Shown here piece after piece: positions 16,019 through 24,415 of a DNA stretch of 30,885 nt (positions within the stretch are counted from its first letter, which is position 1; every line of letters begins with the position of its first letter). The position numbers and the translations under genes are program-made. The notes below the pieces were generated by a model. The model saw only the letters and a list, made by a program, of their open reading frames with translations. It searched no databases and was not told where the DNA came from. Source of the stretch: a virus (lineage: Duplodnaviria > Caudoviricetes); the IMG/VR virus record IMGVR_UViG_3300026270_000017, positions 1-30,885 of that record; one strand, given 5' to 3'.

Positions 16019-16951
16019 TTATTTAATAACTGGACCTTGGTATTGACTGGTTGGACCAGCATTTCTCCTACGGTCTTTGATACGGGAGTACAAAGTTCTT
16101 TTACCATATTGTGTAGGAGATAGATTTTGATCGCCAGTTACATCTCTAGCAGTCTGTCTCATCAAATCAAAACTAGTACTTCTATTTACTTCACCAGCTG
16201 GACCAAAATTTCCAGTGTCTCTTACTGGTGCATTTGTGATTCTAGTATTAGTACCTTGTGGTTTCTGAGTAAGTTGCACTTGTGTACCAAATCTGACTGA
16301 TGGAGTCCCTGCCCAAGTTCCTTTTGGAACTTCATTTGCCTTATACTTATAAGGAACTGCTAGACCCCTTGTGGAACCAGTAAATGGAGTTCCATCGGCA
16401 GTTCTTTGAACTTTATCTTTACCAGTATTATATCCCTGAGATGTAGTATCTCCAGGACCATAGGAACTTGTGTTTACAGGTTTCCAACCATATCTTGCTG
16501 CTTCATCTGGTGTATGATCACGTTGAGTGAATTCTCCAGTGGTTTTATTTAATACACCTGGTTTATAATTTTTATATGCTAAAACTTTTGTATCTTTAGG
16601 AACTGGTTTTGGAGTTGGTGGAGTTTTTTTAGTGTTGAAGAAATTCAAGAACTCCTTAAGATTTTTCTTCTCAGTCATTCTCGCGGTGGATCTATCAAAA
16701 TGACTCCGATCCCCATCGCGATCATTACTATCAACATTGATGTTGCGAATACTATCATAACTAAGTTGCTCTTTACTCACCTTTTTATTAGGTAGTCCTT
16801 TGTGTTTTGTTCTGGCAAAATCACACGCATCATCTTTACTCATACTAGCAGATGCTTTTGCAACCTCAGGAGATGGATTTTTCATCTTACCCTTTTTGGC
16901 TGCACAGACCATACCCATAAATCTTTGTTGTGATTTAGATACCGCTGGCAT
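16019..16951 (-). CDS. Fusion of an N-terminal DUF3008-like basic domain and a C-terminal RlpA-like double-psi beta-barrel (putative lytic transglycosylase)
   Basis: MPAVSKSQQRFMGMV.AAKKG...MSKDDA.DFARTKHKGLP (DUF3008-like). SSYGPG...RTADGTPF...FGTQVQLT...VRDTGNF...FDLMRQTARDV parallels RlpA ASWYG...TANGE.F...FGT.V.VT...NDRGPF...IDLS..AA..L. Confidence 0.65.
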   Translation of the reverse strand: MPAVSKSQQRFMGMVCAAKKGKMKNPSPEVAKASASMSKDDACDFARTKHKGLPNKKVSKEQLSYDSIRNINVDSNDRDGDRSHFDRSTARMTEKKNLKEFLNFFNTKKTPPTPKPVPKDTKVLAYKNYKPGVLNKTTGEFTQRDHTPDEAARYGWKPVNTSSYGPGDTTSQGYNTGKDKVQRTADGTPFTGSTRGLAVPYKYKANEVPKGTWAGTPSVRFGTQVQLTQKPQGTNTRITNAPVRDTGNFGPAGEVNRSTSFDLMRQTARDVTGDQNLSPTQYGKRTLYSRIKDRRRNAGPTSQYQGPVIK

Positions 16952-16971
16952 TAGACTATATCAGTATACTA

Positions 16972-16978
16972 TATTTAG
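16972..16978 (-). promoter_or_regulatory. Late promoter variant (CTAAATA) directly after the gp23 terminator
   Basis: 21 nt upstream of the ATG at 16951. Confidence 0.6.
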
Positions 16979-16980
16979 AC

Positions 16981-17007
16981 AAAAAAAGAGGGTCCGAAGA
17001 CCCTCTT
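16981..17007 (-). terminator. Rho-independent terminator of gp23 with UUCG tetraloop
   Basis: AAGAGGGTC-TTCG-GACCCTCTT followed by a T run. Confidence 0.92.
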
Positions 17008-17030
17008 GAGAGAAATATGAATCCGATGGA

Positions 17031-18428
17031 TCACATAAGGTTTGCAACCTTGACACGTCTGTAGTAACGGTTGGCGTTCTTGGTGAGTGCGCCAGCGCCG
17101 ACATTGGTGCCTTCTGCGAATGGGTTCGCGACGATGCCGTAGCGAGTCTTGAATCCAATCTTGGGTTGGAAGGTGTCCTGACCAACGGCACGAACCATCT
17201 GGAGAGGAACATATGGGCAGTAGAAGAGACCTGCGTCATATGGGGAAGCACCCTTATAACCTGCAACGTAGTACTGGGAACCAGTGCTGTTAGGCAGGTT
17301 TGCAGAATAAGGATCGATGTATACGCGATACTTACCTGCGAGGACTCCAGCAAAGGTGTTGCCAGTGTCATCAACGTTGAGGTTGCTGTTCAGAGCAGGG
17401 GTGTAATCGAGAACGCCTGCCATGGTCAGTGCGGAAGCAACGTCTGCGGAACACAGAATCATGTTGCCCTTTCCTCTACGAGTTCTTTGTGCGATTGCGT
17501 TTGCATCGCGCTCGATTTGGAAGATAAGACCCTTGAACTTCTCAACAGACCAACGACCGTTGCTGTCAACGTCGAGGTCGAAAGTACCAGCGTTAGCAAC
17601 GTTTTGCTGAGCGCCAGATTCTGCAACGTTATAGATGGTTCTGATAACTTCGCGGTTGATCTCAGCAAGAATCTCAGTAGAGAGAATGTTTGCGAGTTCC
17701 GCTTCAGCGTTCAGACCGTGGATTGCCTTGAGGTCTTGTGCCAGTTCCAAGGAGTACTCTGCTTTCAGAGCTCTGGACTTAGCGGTTACGGTGACCTTCT
17801 CGATTGAGAATGCCATCTCGTTGAATGCGCCAGCGCCGTCGCCAAGATCTTCAGCGTCGTCGGTACGCATACCCTGACCTACGTTGTAGGTGTTATATGC
17901 TTGTGAACCTTCTGGGTTAAGCAGACCTGGGTTGGAACCTGCTTGTGCGTCGGTACCCATACCAACGGCAGCATTAGACATGCCATCGGTGAGAGCGCCT
18001 GTAGCAGCAGACTGACCAGAGAATGCGGTATCTGCTTCGTTGAACAGTGCTTCGGTGCCAGACTGATTGGTGTAACGGGAACGCATCGCGAAGATGAGTC
18101 CAGTAGGACCAGACATAGGCTGAACGCCTGCGAGGTCATATGCGACCAAGTTAGGCATTGCGCGTCTGATCAGGGAGATCAGAACTGGATCGAAACCAGC
18201 AACAGGGGTGGAAGCACCAGCAGAGAAACCTGGGTTTGTTCCACTTTGGGTGTTAACAGTTGGACCTTCGGAAAGGAACTCACGCTCTTCGCGAAGAGTT
18301 TGCTCTTGGTTCTCCAAGAGTACTGCGGTGACAGCTCTACGGTGGGAATCCGCGATTGGATCCATTCCCTCATAATCGAGAACGGGTGCCCACTTTTCCT
18401 GCAGAGCCTCTGTATTAGGCATTTGCAT
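17031..18428 (-). CDS. gp23: Major capsid protein
   Basis: FDPVLISLIRRAMPNL.AYD..GVQPM.GPTGLIFAMRSRY, KSRALKAEYSLELAQDLKAIHGL, YCPYVPLQMVR, GFKTRYG; predicted maturation site FLSE54|G. Confidence 0.99.
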   Translation of the reverse strand: MQMPNTEALQEKWAPVLDYEGMDPIADSHRRAVTAVLLENQEQTLREEREFLSEGPTVNTQSGTNPGFSAGASTPVAGFDPVLISLIRRAMPNLVAYDLAGVQPMSGPTGLIFAMRSRYTNQSGTEALFNEADTAFSGQSAATGALTDGMSNAAVGMGTDAQAGSNPGLLNPEGSQAYNTYNVGQGMRTDDAEDLGDGAGAFNEMAFSIEKVTVTAKSRALKAEYSLELAQDLKAIHGLNAEAELANILSTEILAEINREVIRTIYNVAESGAQQNVANAGTFDLDVDSNGRWSVEKFKGLIFQIERDANAIAQRTRRGKGNMILCSADVASALTMAGVLDYTPALNSNLNVDDTGNTFAGVLAGKYRVYIDPYSANLPNSTGSQYYVAGYKGASPYDAGLFYCPYVPLQMVRAVGQDTFQPKIGFKTRYGIVANPFAEGTNVGAGALTKNANRYYRRVKVANLM

Positions 18429-18468
18429 TTTTCTAAAAAAGTTAGTTTGAACGTTTATGATTTAAAAA

Positions 18469-19563
18469 TCACTTTTTGGCAGCTCTTGAGAGAGTGTCCA
18501 AATAGGCTTGCATCATTGGGGATACTTCCTCGGAAATAACCTCATCGGTAGAAACCTCTTCGGAAAGATTCTCAGAGGTGCTTGGAGTTCCGGCGTGCTC
18601 AGGGAAATAAGATTTTCTCAGAGTTACCAGTTTCTCACGATAGTCTGTCTCACTTTCAAACTCAACATTTTCAGCAAGAGTAGCGAGTTTTTCTTTTTGA
18701 GTGTCTGCAAGACCCTCAGCAACAGTAGCGAAAACGCCATCTGCAGAAGACTCAGCTAATCTACGATTCAGAGCAACGTTTCTATCGATTTGCTCGTTGA
18801 GTTTACCTTCCATTTCATCTAGTTTATCTACCATGCTCTCAAGTACATCATACTTGTCATCAGGGATAGTTACATAATGTTCTTCAAAAAGACTCTTCAT
18901 TCCATCGAGGAATGATTCGCTAATTTCGCTCTTGAGACCAGCTTCAACTGCGAGTGCGTTCTCCTGGAACCACTCATCAGCAACATACTCAAGATACGAA
19001 TCGAGACGCTCAGAGAGTTCTTCTCTGATTGCAACAACTTCTTCTACCAAAGCATTCTGATAGGTTTCGTGCAGAGACTCTTGCATTTCTGCAACTTTAG
19101 TCTTAACTGCCGCCTCAAAGATGGTGCGTGCTTTCTCTTCAAACTCTTCGGAGAGTTCTTCACCCTCAAGAAGTGCTTGCACATCTGCTTCGATGTCAAT
19201 TCCTTCTTCTTCTACGAGTTCTTCTTCAGTTTCTTCCGCTTCGGCAACAACTTCGTCAGCTGCTACTTCCTCTTCGGAAACAACCTCATCAGTGGTTGCC
19301 TCTTCTTCGGAAACTACTTCCTGTGTTTCATCAACTTCAACTTCTTCGGCTGCAGCAGCACGAGAGTTGACCACATCTTTAACTTGCTTAAGAGTAGCGC
19401 CAGGCTCTCTCAATCTGTTAGAGTCATCATCTGGTCTTGAATTTTCGGGAGTAGGACCGCCGAGATCTTCAACTGGAATACCAGCAGAAGTCATTGGCTC
19501 AGCAGGTGCAGCTCCTTTGGTTACTACGTTTTCCATTTCTTGTAAATTGTTACCAACGGACAT
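18469..19563 (-). CDS. gp22: Prohead core scaffold protein
   Basis: Very acidic coiled coil, LSEEFEEKARTIFEAAV, LDSYLEYVADEW, FEEHYV; between gp21 and gp23. Confidence 0.95.
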   Translation of the reverse strand: MSVGNNLQEMENVVTKGAAPAEPMTSAGIPVEDLGGPTPENSRPDDDSNRLREPGATLKQVKDVVNSRAAAAEEVEVDETQEVVSEEEATTDEVVSEEEVAADEVVAEAEETEEELVEEEGIDIEADVQALLEGEELSEEFEEKARTIFEAAVKTKVAEMQESLHETYQNALVEEVVAIREELSERLDSYLEYVADEWFQENALAVEAGLKSEISESFLDGMKSLFEEHYVTIPDDKYDVLESMVDKLDEMEGKLNEQIDRNVALNRRLAESSADGVFATVAEGLADTQKEKLATLAENVEFESETDYREKLVTLRKSYFPEHAGTPSTSENLSEEVSTDEVISEEVSPMMQAYLDTLSRAAKK

Positions 19564-19595
19564 TTGAATTATGCGATTAATTACTTAATTACATG

Positions 19596-19607
19596 TATTT
19601 ATTTATA
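19596..19607 (-). promoter_or_regulatory. T4 late promoter TATAAATA(AATA) for gp22-gp23
   Basis: Perfect T4 late consensus immediately after the gp21 stop. Confidence 0.85.
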
Positions 19608-19609
19608 AT

Positions 19610-20260
19610 TCAAAGATTTGAGAGGAAATTATTGAACAAATCCAATTTTTTCTCTTCAAGTTGTCTTTGACTTACGAGAGTATTAATTCTCTTCTTGGTT
19701 GTTTCGGCAAGGTGTTCACGAAGGATTCCTCCTTCCCAAACCCATTCTCTTCCTTCCATGATTCCGTTAACGAAAGCATCAGGAGCAGAAGGATCAGCAA
19801 CGATATCAGCAGCAGTTGCTAACTGGAAGTCTTCACCAACAATCTTACATCCTTCACTAGTGGTTTGAAGTGAACCAACACCACGAGAAGAAACGCCAAG
19901 CATTACACCTTCATCGAGAAGGGAAGATGCAATTTTACCCATAGGGGTAGAAAGGATTTGCGCCTTTCCTCTAAAGTTATTACCTTCTTTTACCAGAGAA
20001 GTAATTTTGTGAGAAACGCGATCAAGATTGACAGTAGGACCATCGGGATGACCGAGTTCACCAAGAGCACGACCCTTGTTGACAAAAGTTTCGCAATAGC
20101 GATTTACTTCCTTAGAAAGAGTGTTAATAGGATACATTCTCCCATTACGATTCTTGATTTCACCTTGAAGGAATGTTCCTTCAATATACAGTTTTTTATT
20201 AGCACCTTTTCCTTCGGTGATAACCTGTACGTTTGTTACTTCTTCTGTGATAAGTTTCAT
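19610..20260 (-). CDS. gp21: Prohead protease
   Basis: MKLITEE, KNRNGRMYP, ALGELGHP (catalytic His), GVSSRGVGSL (catalytic Ser), DIVADPSAPDAFV. Confidence 0.97.
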   Translation of the reverse strand: MKLITEEVTNVQVITEGKGANKKLYIEGTFLQGEIKNRNGRMYPINTLSKEVNRYCETFVNKGRALGELGHPDGPTVNLDRVSHKITSLVKEGNNFRGKAQILSTPMGKIASSLLDEGVMLGVSSRGVGSLQTTSEGCKIVGEDFQLATAADIVADPSAPDAFVNGIMEGREWVWEGGILREHLAETTKKRINTLVSQRQLEEKKLDLFNNFLSNL

Positions 20261-20289
20261 TATACTATTAATTTTTATCCCTTATTTTT

Positions 20290-20296
20290 TATTTAT
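20290..20296 (-). promoter_or_regulatory. Late promoter (ATAAATA) for gp21
   Basis: 30 nt upstream of the gp21 ATG. Confidence 0.6.
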
Positions 20297-20308
20297 GATA
20301 AATGTGAG

Positions 20309-20341
20309 TTATAATCCTAGTCCTAAAAATGGATGTGCCAT
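20309..20341 (-). CDS. 10-codon micro-ORF MAHPFLGLGL (copy of the N-terminus of the 306-aa protein); functional peptide or gene remnant
   Basis: ATG 1 nt after the upstream TGA, SD-like GAGGAG 4 nt upstream, TAA at 20309-20311. Confidence 0.4.
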   Translation of the reverse strand: MAHPFLGLGL

Positions 20342-20342
20342 C

Positions 20343-20531
20343 TCACTCCTCGTCTCCTTTTGTCTCTATATAACCCAACTCTTTTGCTCTTACCAAACCA
20401 GATGTTTTGTCACTAAATGTTTCTATATTTGGTTGCCCGGATTCAAAAACAGAACCTGGATTTAGTTCAATAAAATGAACTGCACCATTTCCGTGACAGA
20501 CATACCAAGTTATAGTTGTAGGTGATTCCAT
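20343..20531 (-). CDS. Hypothetical 62-aa protein (possible fibre chaperone/partner)
   Basis: Starts 4 nt after the 306-aa gene stop; function inferred from position only. Confidence 0.65.
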   Translation of the reverse strand: MESPTTITWYVCHGNGAVHFIELNPGSVFESGQPNIETFSDKTSGLVRAKELGYIETKGDEE

Positions 20532-20535
20532 AGAA

Positions 20536-21456
20536 TTAAGTATTATAGGAAATTGTCCAACCTCTTGAAACTAATGCGTTATATGCACTATTTGCTGTTA
20601 CACTCCAGGTTGATTTGGCAGCATTTGTGCCTCCATCAATACCTAATGCGATATTACTAGCTCCATTGGTATCCAAAGAAGTAAGGATATTTTCAATGGA
20701 TTGAGCACTCAATGCACAATCTTTAAAAGCATTTTTAAAAGCATTGGATCCAAGAGTTCCAGTAGTATCAAATTGATTTGCAGGGAATGTTGTTAAATTA
20801 TCACAACTTCTCCAACAATTTTGAAAATCTGTACCACTAGTCATAGTGGCACCTGGAAATGAAACTAGACCATCACAACTTCTCCAAGTACCAGAGAAAC
20901 TAGTTCCACTTGACATATCCAAAATTGGAAAATTAACTACACCACTATTTCTCCAAGTATCATCAAAGATTGTGCCACTGGACACATTTATTCTTGGAAA
21001 CGTTGTTAATGCTGCAGTGGATTTCCAGGTGTTATCAAAATTTATTACATCTTTAGTTGCATTGAATCTCTGTCTATAAGTGCTGAGATTTGATGCACCA
21101 TCAAAAGCATTTGTCAGATTTGAACCTAGTTCAGAAGATTTTGCTCTTATTCTAACAAAAGTTAGTTGATCTATATCAGCATCTACACCATTAAAGAATG
21201 GTCGATAGACAGTATCAGGAGTTAAAATAACTTTTATTTTATAATTACCAGCAGAGTAGGTATGAGATAAGGTGTTAGATGTACTAGATTCAGAATCACC
21301 ATCACCCCAACTAACAGTATAATTAGCTGTTCCCATAGATCTTAAATTAAACGCTGCTCCAGTACTAGTTATTCTGTAAATAAAATCTGCTTTTTCTTCA
21401 CGTTCAAATTTCTGTGCCCAAGTGTCTAAACCTATTCCTAAAAATGGATGTGCCAT
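20536..21456 (-). CDS. PKD/Ig-like plus BspA/DUF285-type leucine-rich-repeat protein, candidate head fibre/adhesin
   Basis: YTVSWGDG...SHTY..GNYKI (PKD-like); 23-24-aa repeats F..TW.S...L..FP...SSGT; C-terminal cap ALVSRGWTISY. Confidence 0.7.
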   Translation of the reverse strand: MAHPFLGIGLDTWAQKFEREEKADFIYRITSTGAAFNLRSMGTANYTVSWGDGDSESSTSNTLSHTYSAGNYKIKVILTPDTVYRPFFNGVDADIDQLTFVRIRAKSSELGSNLTNAFDGASNLSTYRQRFNATKDVINFDNTWKSTAALTTFPRINVSSGTIFDDTWRNSGVVNFPILDMSSGTSFSGTWRSCDGLVSFPGATMTSGTDFQNCWRSCDNLTTFPANQFDTTGTLGSNAFKNAFKDCALSAQSIENILTSLDTNGASNIALGIDGGTNAAKSTWSVTANSAYNALVSRGWTISYNT

Positions 21457-21737
21457 TATGCACCCTCGTAAATCACCTTAGCTGTACTTCCTGTCAGTGA
21501 TTTGGCCCAAACATATGCAGCACTAGAAACATGACTCAAATCAGTGACAGTTTTCTTCATCTCTCCCTCATAAGTTTTATAAACCAATCCGGGATCAGTT
21601 GCTGTGGGTGCAGAGTTTGATGCAGTAAAATTCACTACAACAGGATTAGCACTCTGACATTGAAAAGTTATGGTAGTAACATTATTTCCGATAAGAACAT
21701 ATGCACTTGGTGTTACTTCTGTTGATGCTAATGCCAT
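21456..21737 (-). CDS. Small beta-strand-rich protein (93 aa), candidate capsid decoration/spike base
   Basis: Ser/Thr/Ala/Val-rich with all-beta patterning; TAATG coupling on both sides; located in the head module. Confidence 0.7.
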   Translation of the reverse strand: MALASTEVTPSAYVLIGNNVTTITFQCQSANPVVVNFTASNSAPTATDPGLVYKTYEGEMKKTVTDLSHVSSAAYVWAKSLTGSTAKVIYEGA

Positions 21738-22003
21738 TATTCTTGATCCTCTGGTGTTACTTCTGGTTCAGTTTCTGTTTCAATTTCATCGACTACTTCA
21801 TCGGTGAATTCATCACCAACTTCTGTTTCGACTTCACCTTCAACTTCAGGGTATTCAAATTCTTGACCGAACATTGCATTGGCAACATATGGTCTAGCAA
21901 TGTCAATTCTTTCTGCTGCCTTTGCATACATAATTTCTTTCATTTTGTCGCTAATATCTGATGATGATCCATCAGTAGCGATCAAATCGATAACATCTTC
22001 CAT
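21737..22003 (-). CDS. Small acidic prohead-core-like protein (gp67 positional analogue)
   Basis: Directly after the portal with its own TATAAATA; helical N-terminus and Glu-rich tail. Confidence 0.65.
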   Translation of the reverse strand: MEDVIDLIATDGSSSDISDKMKEIMYAKAAERIDIARPYVANAMFGQEFEYPEVEGEVETEVGDEFTDEVVDEIETETEPEVTPEDQE

Positions 22004-22028
22004 AAAAATTCAATATGTTAATATAATA

Positions 22029-22036
22029 TATTTATA
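22029..22036 (-). promoter_or_regulatory. T4 late promoter TATAAATA
   Basis: Perfect consensus overlapping the gp20 stop codon. Confidence 0.85.
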
Positions 22037-23771
22037 ACTCAGACTTTCTGGTGTCTCTATCATACTGTCTGTTGATTCTTGCGGTTTCTGCATCAACATT
22101 TGGATCTGCAGGAACTTGACCCATTGCCATAGGATCTGCTCCCATTCCAGACATACCAGATCCATCTCCACCTTGCATTGATGGATCAACAGGTTGTGGT
22201 AACGGTTGACCAGTTACAGGATCAATTGTTGATGGATCTGGCAAAATACCCTTATTGATCTCATCTTCAATCTGTATATCAAGTTCAATAATTTCTTGAT
22301 CAGTCTGACGAAGAACTCTCTTACGAACGTATTCGGTAGAGTAATACTTACCAATATATGGTTCCATTTGTGCAAGAATGCCAAGTCTGTTTTGAATCAA
22401 CTCAGATTCTTTCAATTCCGCAAACTGATTATCATAAAGGAAATCATATTGGATATGATCCTTCATTGTCTCCCAATCTTCTGGAGTGCAGATATTTTTC
22501 AGAATCAACTGAGTTCTGAGCATATCATTGAACATTTGAGCAAAACGCTTCCTCAAACGACCAACAAATTTAGCAAATTTTAATTCGTCACGAAGGATCT
22601 CTGATGACCTTCCCAAATTAAAACCACCATCTGCAGCGATTCTGGACTCTGGAACACCAAGTGCTCTGTACAATTTCTTTTGGAAATACTCAATATCTGA
22701 AAGTTCTCCCAGATTTTGTCCACCAGGTAGGGTAGTGATTTCAGTACCGCGACCACCTTCTCTACGTGGTAACCAGAAGTCCTCCAACATAGACATAAAC
22801 TTGCGGTCATCACGAACTTCGCCAGTTTGTGCGTTGTAAACTAGTTTATTTCTGTAGCGAGACATAACCTCTTTGAGGTATTGCTCTGCTTTTACCTTAG
22901 GAAGATTACCAACATCAATATAAAAAATACGACGTTCTGGTGCTCTAGATAAACGATAAATGACCAAAGAGTCCTCAATCATTCTCAGTTGATTGAGTGC
23001 CTTGATTGCTTTGTGAAGATATGAAAGAACAGTATTCTTGTTTCTATCTACTAAACCAGAAGTACAGTAAGTTACAGAATCTTTTGCAATTTTTACTGAC
23101 TTTGATCTACCATTTAGAGATCCTGCTGGATAATTTGGTGATGGAGTATATTGGAAAAACTCTTCAAACTCTGGTCCATTAGCAAACTCTTCTTGAGATT
23201 TGCCGTTTATATTAATTGCATTACCAACTCTGGCAAATCCAGTGTCATATGCAGTACCTTTCTTTTCTTGACGAATATATTTGATTTTTAGAGGATCAAT
23301 ATATCTAAGTTCTTTGATACCTTCAAAAGGTGCTTTCTGATCAATAACTTTTAAGTAATATACTCTTCCGTCTACGTACCAGTTTCTAAAGATTTCGTGA
23401 GATTTTCTATCAAAATCTAATATTTCTTTGAGATACTTAAATTCTGCTCTGATTGTCTTCTTAAGATTTTCGCTCGCATTCAGATTAGAAAGTTCTATCT
23501 CCACAGGAGAATCGTAAAGATCGCTAACGATTGCTTCGTTAACTACATCTTCGATAGCACCATCCGCTTCAGGATGGAGAGACATTTCTCTATATCTTCT
23601 AATTAAATCATGCTCTGTTTTATAAACACCCTCAATGTCAACGTATTGACCATAAAATCCACTGCTAATATAGTTATCAACCCCGTCCTGATTAGTTTCA
23701 GGAACGGGGGAAATAACTGAAGGTGACTTATTTTGCTTGTCGTCAATTGAAAAACCAAAAAGTTTGGCCAT
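22032..23771 (-). CDS. gp20: Portal vertex protein
   Basis: MAKLFGFSI, FRNWYVDGR, YLHKAIKALNQLRMIEDSLVIYRLSRAPERRIFYIDVGNLPK, EDFWLPRREGGRGTEITTLPGGQNLG. Confidence 0.99.
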   Translation of the reverse strand: MAKLFGFSIDDKQNKSPSVISPVPETNQDGVDNYISSGFYGQYVDIEGVYKTEHDLIRRYREMSLHPEADGAIEDVVNEAIVSDLYDSPVEIELSNLNASENLKKTIRAEFKYLKEILDFDRKSHEIFRNWYVDGRVYYLKVIDQKAPFEGIKELRYIDPLKIKYIRQEKKGTAYDTGFARVGNAININGKSQEEFANGPEFEEFFQYTPSPNYPAGSLNGRSKSVKIAKDSVTYCTSGLVDRNKNTVLSYLHKAIKALNQLRMIEDSLVIYRLSRAPERRIFYIDVGNLPKVKAEQYLKEVMSRYRNKLVYNAQTGEVRDDRKFMSMLEDFWLPRREGGRGTEITTLPGGQNLGELSDIEYFQKKLYRALGVPESRIAADGGFNLGRSSEILRDELKFAKFVGRLRKRFAQMFNDMLRTQLILKNICTPEDWETMKDHIQYDFLYDNQFAELKESELIQNRLGILAQMEPYIGKYYSTEYVRKRVLRQTDQEIIELDIQIEDEINKGILPDPSTIDPVTGQPLPQPVDPSMQGGDGSGMSGMGADPMAMGQVPADPNVDAETARINRQYDRDTRKSEL

Positions 23772-23800
23772 AATAACTTAAAGTGCCTATTACCTTCTTC

Positions 23801-23807
23801 TATTTAG
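23801..23807 (-). promoter_or_regulatory. Late promoter variant (CTAAATA) for gp20
   Basis: Overlaps the gp19 stop, 30 nt upstream of the gp20 ATG. Confidence 0.6.
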
Positions 23808-24394
23808 TTGATGTCTTCACCACCAGCATTTTCACCAGTGCCCTTAGTAGCTTCCCACCACTGAACTTGAAGTTCAACAGTGAATTCTTGAATACCTTGA
23901 GCATCATAAGAAAGTTCGATTGGTGATACCTGAGTTGGGAACACATCGTAGAAACGATATGATCTCAGAGTAGAACCATCACGATCTAACTGATAAACAT
24001 AAGCATCTGATTGATAATCTGCTGGATTAACCAGACCAGTATTATCAGATACTCTGTTGATGGTGTTCATCCAACGCTCAAAGGCAGAGCGAATTGCAAA
24101 GTCGGTATCGTTCAGGACGGTAACGGTCCAAGAATCGAAGGTTCTATCACCTGCGATTTTCAGAACACGACCTCTGAAAGGTACTTCGATCTGTGCAATG
24201 TTGGATGCTGGCATATTTGCACCTTTGACCAAGAATCTTGATTTCTCAAGAACTACAGAGTCAGGTGCTGCTGCATCAGGGAACTGAAGCACGACTTCAA
24301 AGAGATTGGCGCGAGCGCCACCACCCGTTAACTTACTCTTGAAGTCGGTAATCTTCCTTAATGGGGGTGGATTAATCTGTTGTCTAGATGGCAT
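23804..24394 (-). CDS. gp19: Tail tube protein
   Basis: GGGARANLFEV, VPFRGRVLKIAGDRTFDSWTVTVLNDTDFAIR.AFE.W, FPTQVSPIELSYD. Confidence 0.97.
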   Translation of the reverse strand: MPSRQQINPPPLRKITDFKSKLTGGGARANLFEVVLQFPDAAAPDSVVLEKSRFLVKGANMPASNIAQIEVPFRGRVLKIAGDRTFDSWTVTVLNDTDFAIRSAFERWMNTINRVSDNTGLVNPADYQSDAYVYQLDRDGSTLRSYRFYDVFPTQVSPIELSYDAQGIQEFTVELQVQWWEATKGTGENAGGEDIN

Positions 24395-24415
24395 TTGAGT
24401 TAACCTCTAATTGAA

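Larger units (their letters stand above)
20321..21456. repeat. 21-bp perfect direct repeat TCCTAAAAATGGATGTGCCAT at 20321-20341 and 21436-21456
   Basis: Both copies read directly from the sequence, 1115 bp apart; similarity extends about 9 more nt with 2 mismatches. Confidence 0.92.

Noticed and set aside
16014-16027. TTAAATA as a late promoter for gp3
   Set aside because: Deviates from consensus, lies only 6 nt from the ATG and is in AT-rich sequence; cannot be distinguished from chance.
16961-17374. 137-aa minus-strand ORF overlapping the gp23 3' end (possible frameshift extension)
   Set aside because: It runs through the strong gp23 terminator and no slippery site was seen; most likely an off-frame shadow.
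17166-19567. Long plus-strand ORFs (213, 198, 148, 123 aa) opposite gp23/gp22
   Set aside because: Antisense shadows expected from the strong codon bias of highly expressed genes; no RBS or promoter support and no protein-like motifs.
20321-21456. Transposon or IS with a target-site duplication
   Set aside because: No transposase, integrase or terminal inverted repeats between the direct repeats; treated as a recombination cassette or scar instead.
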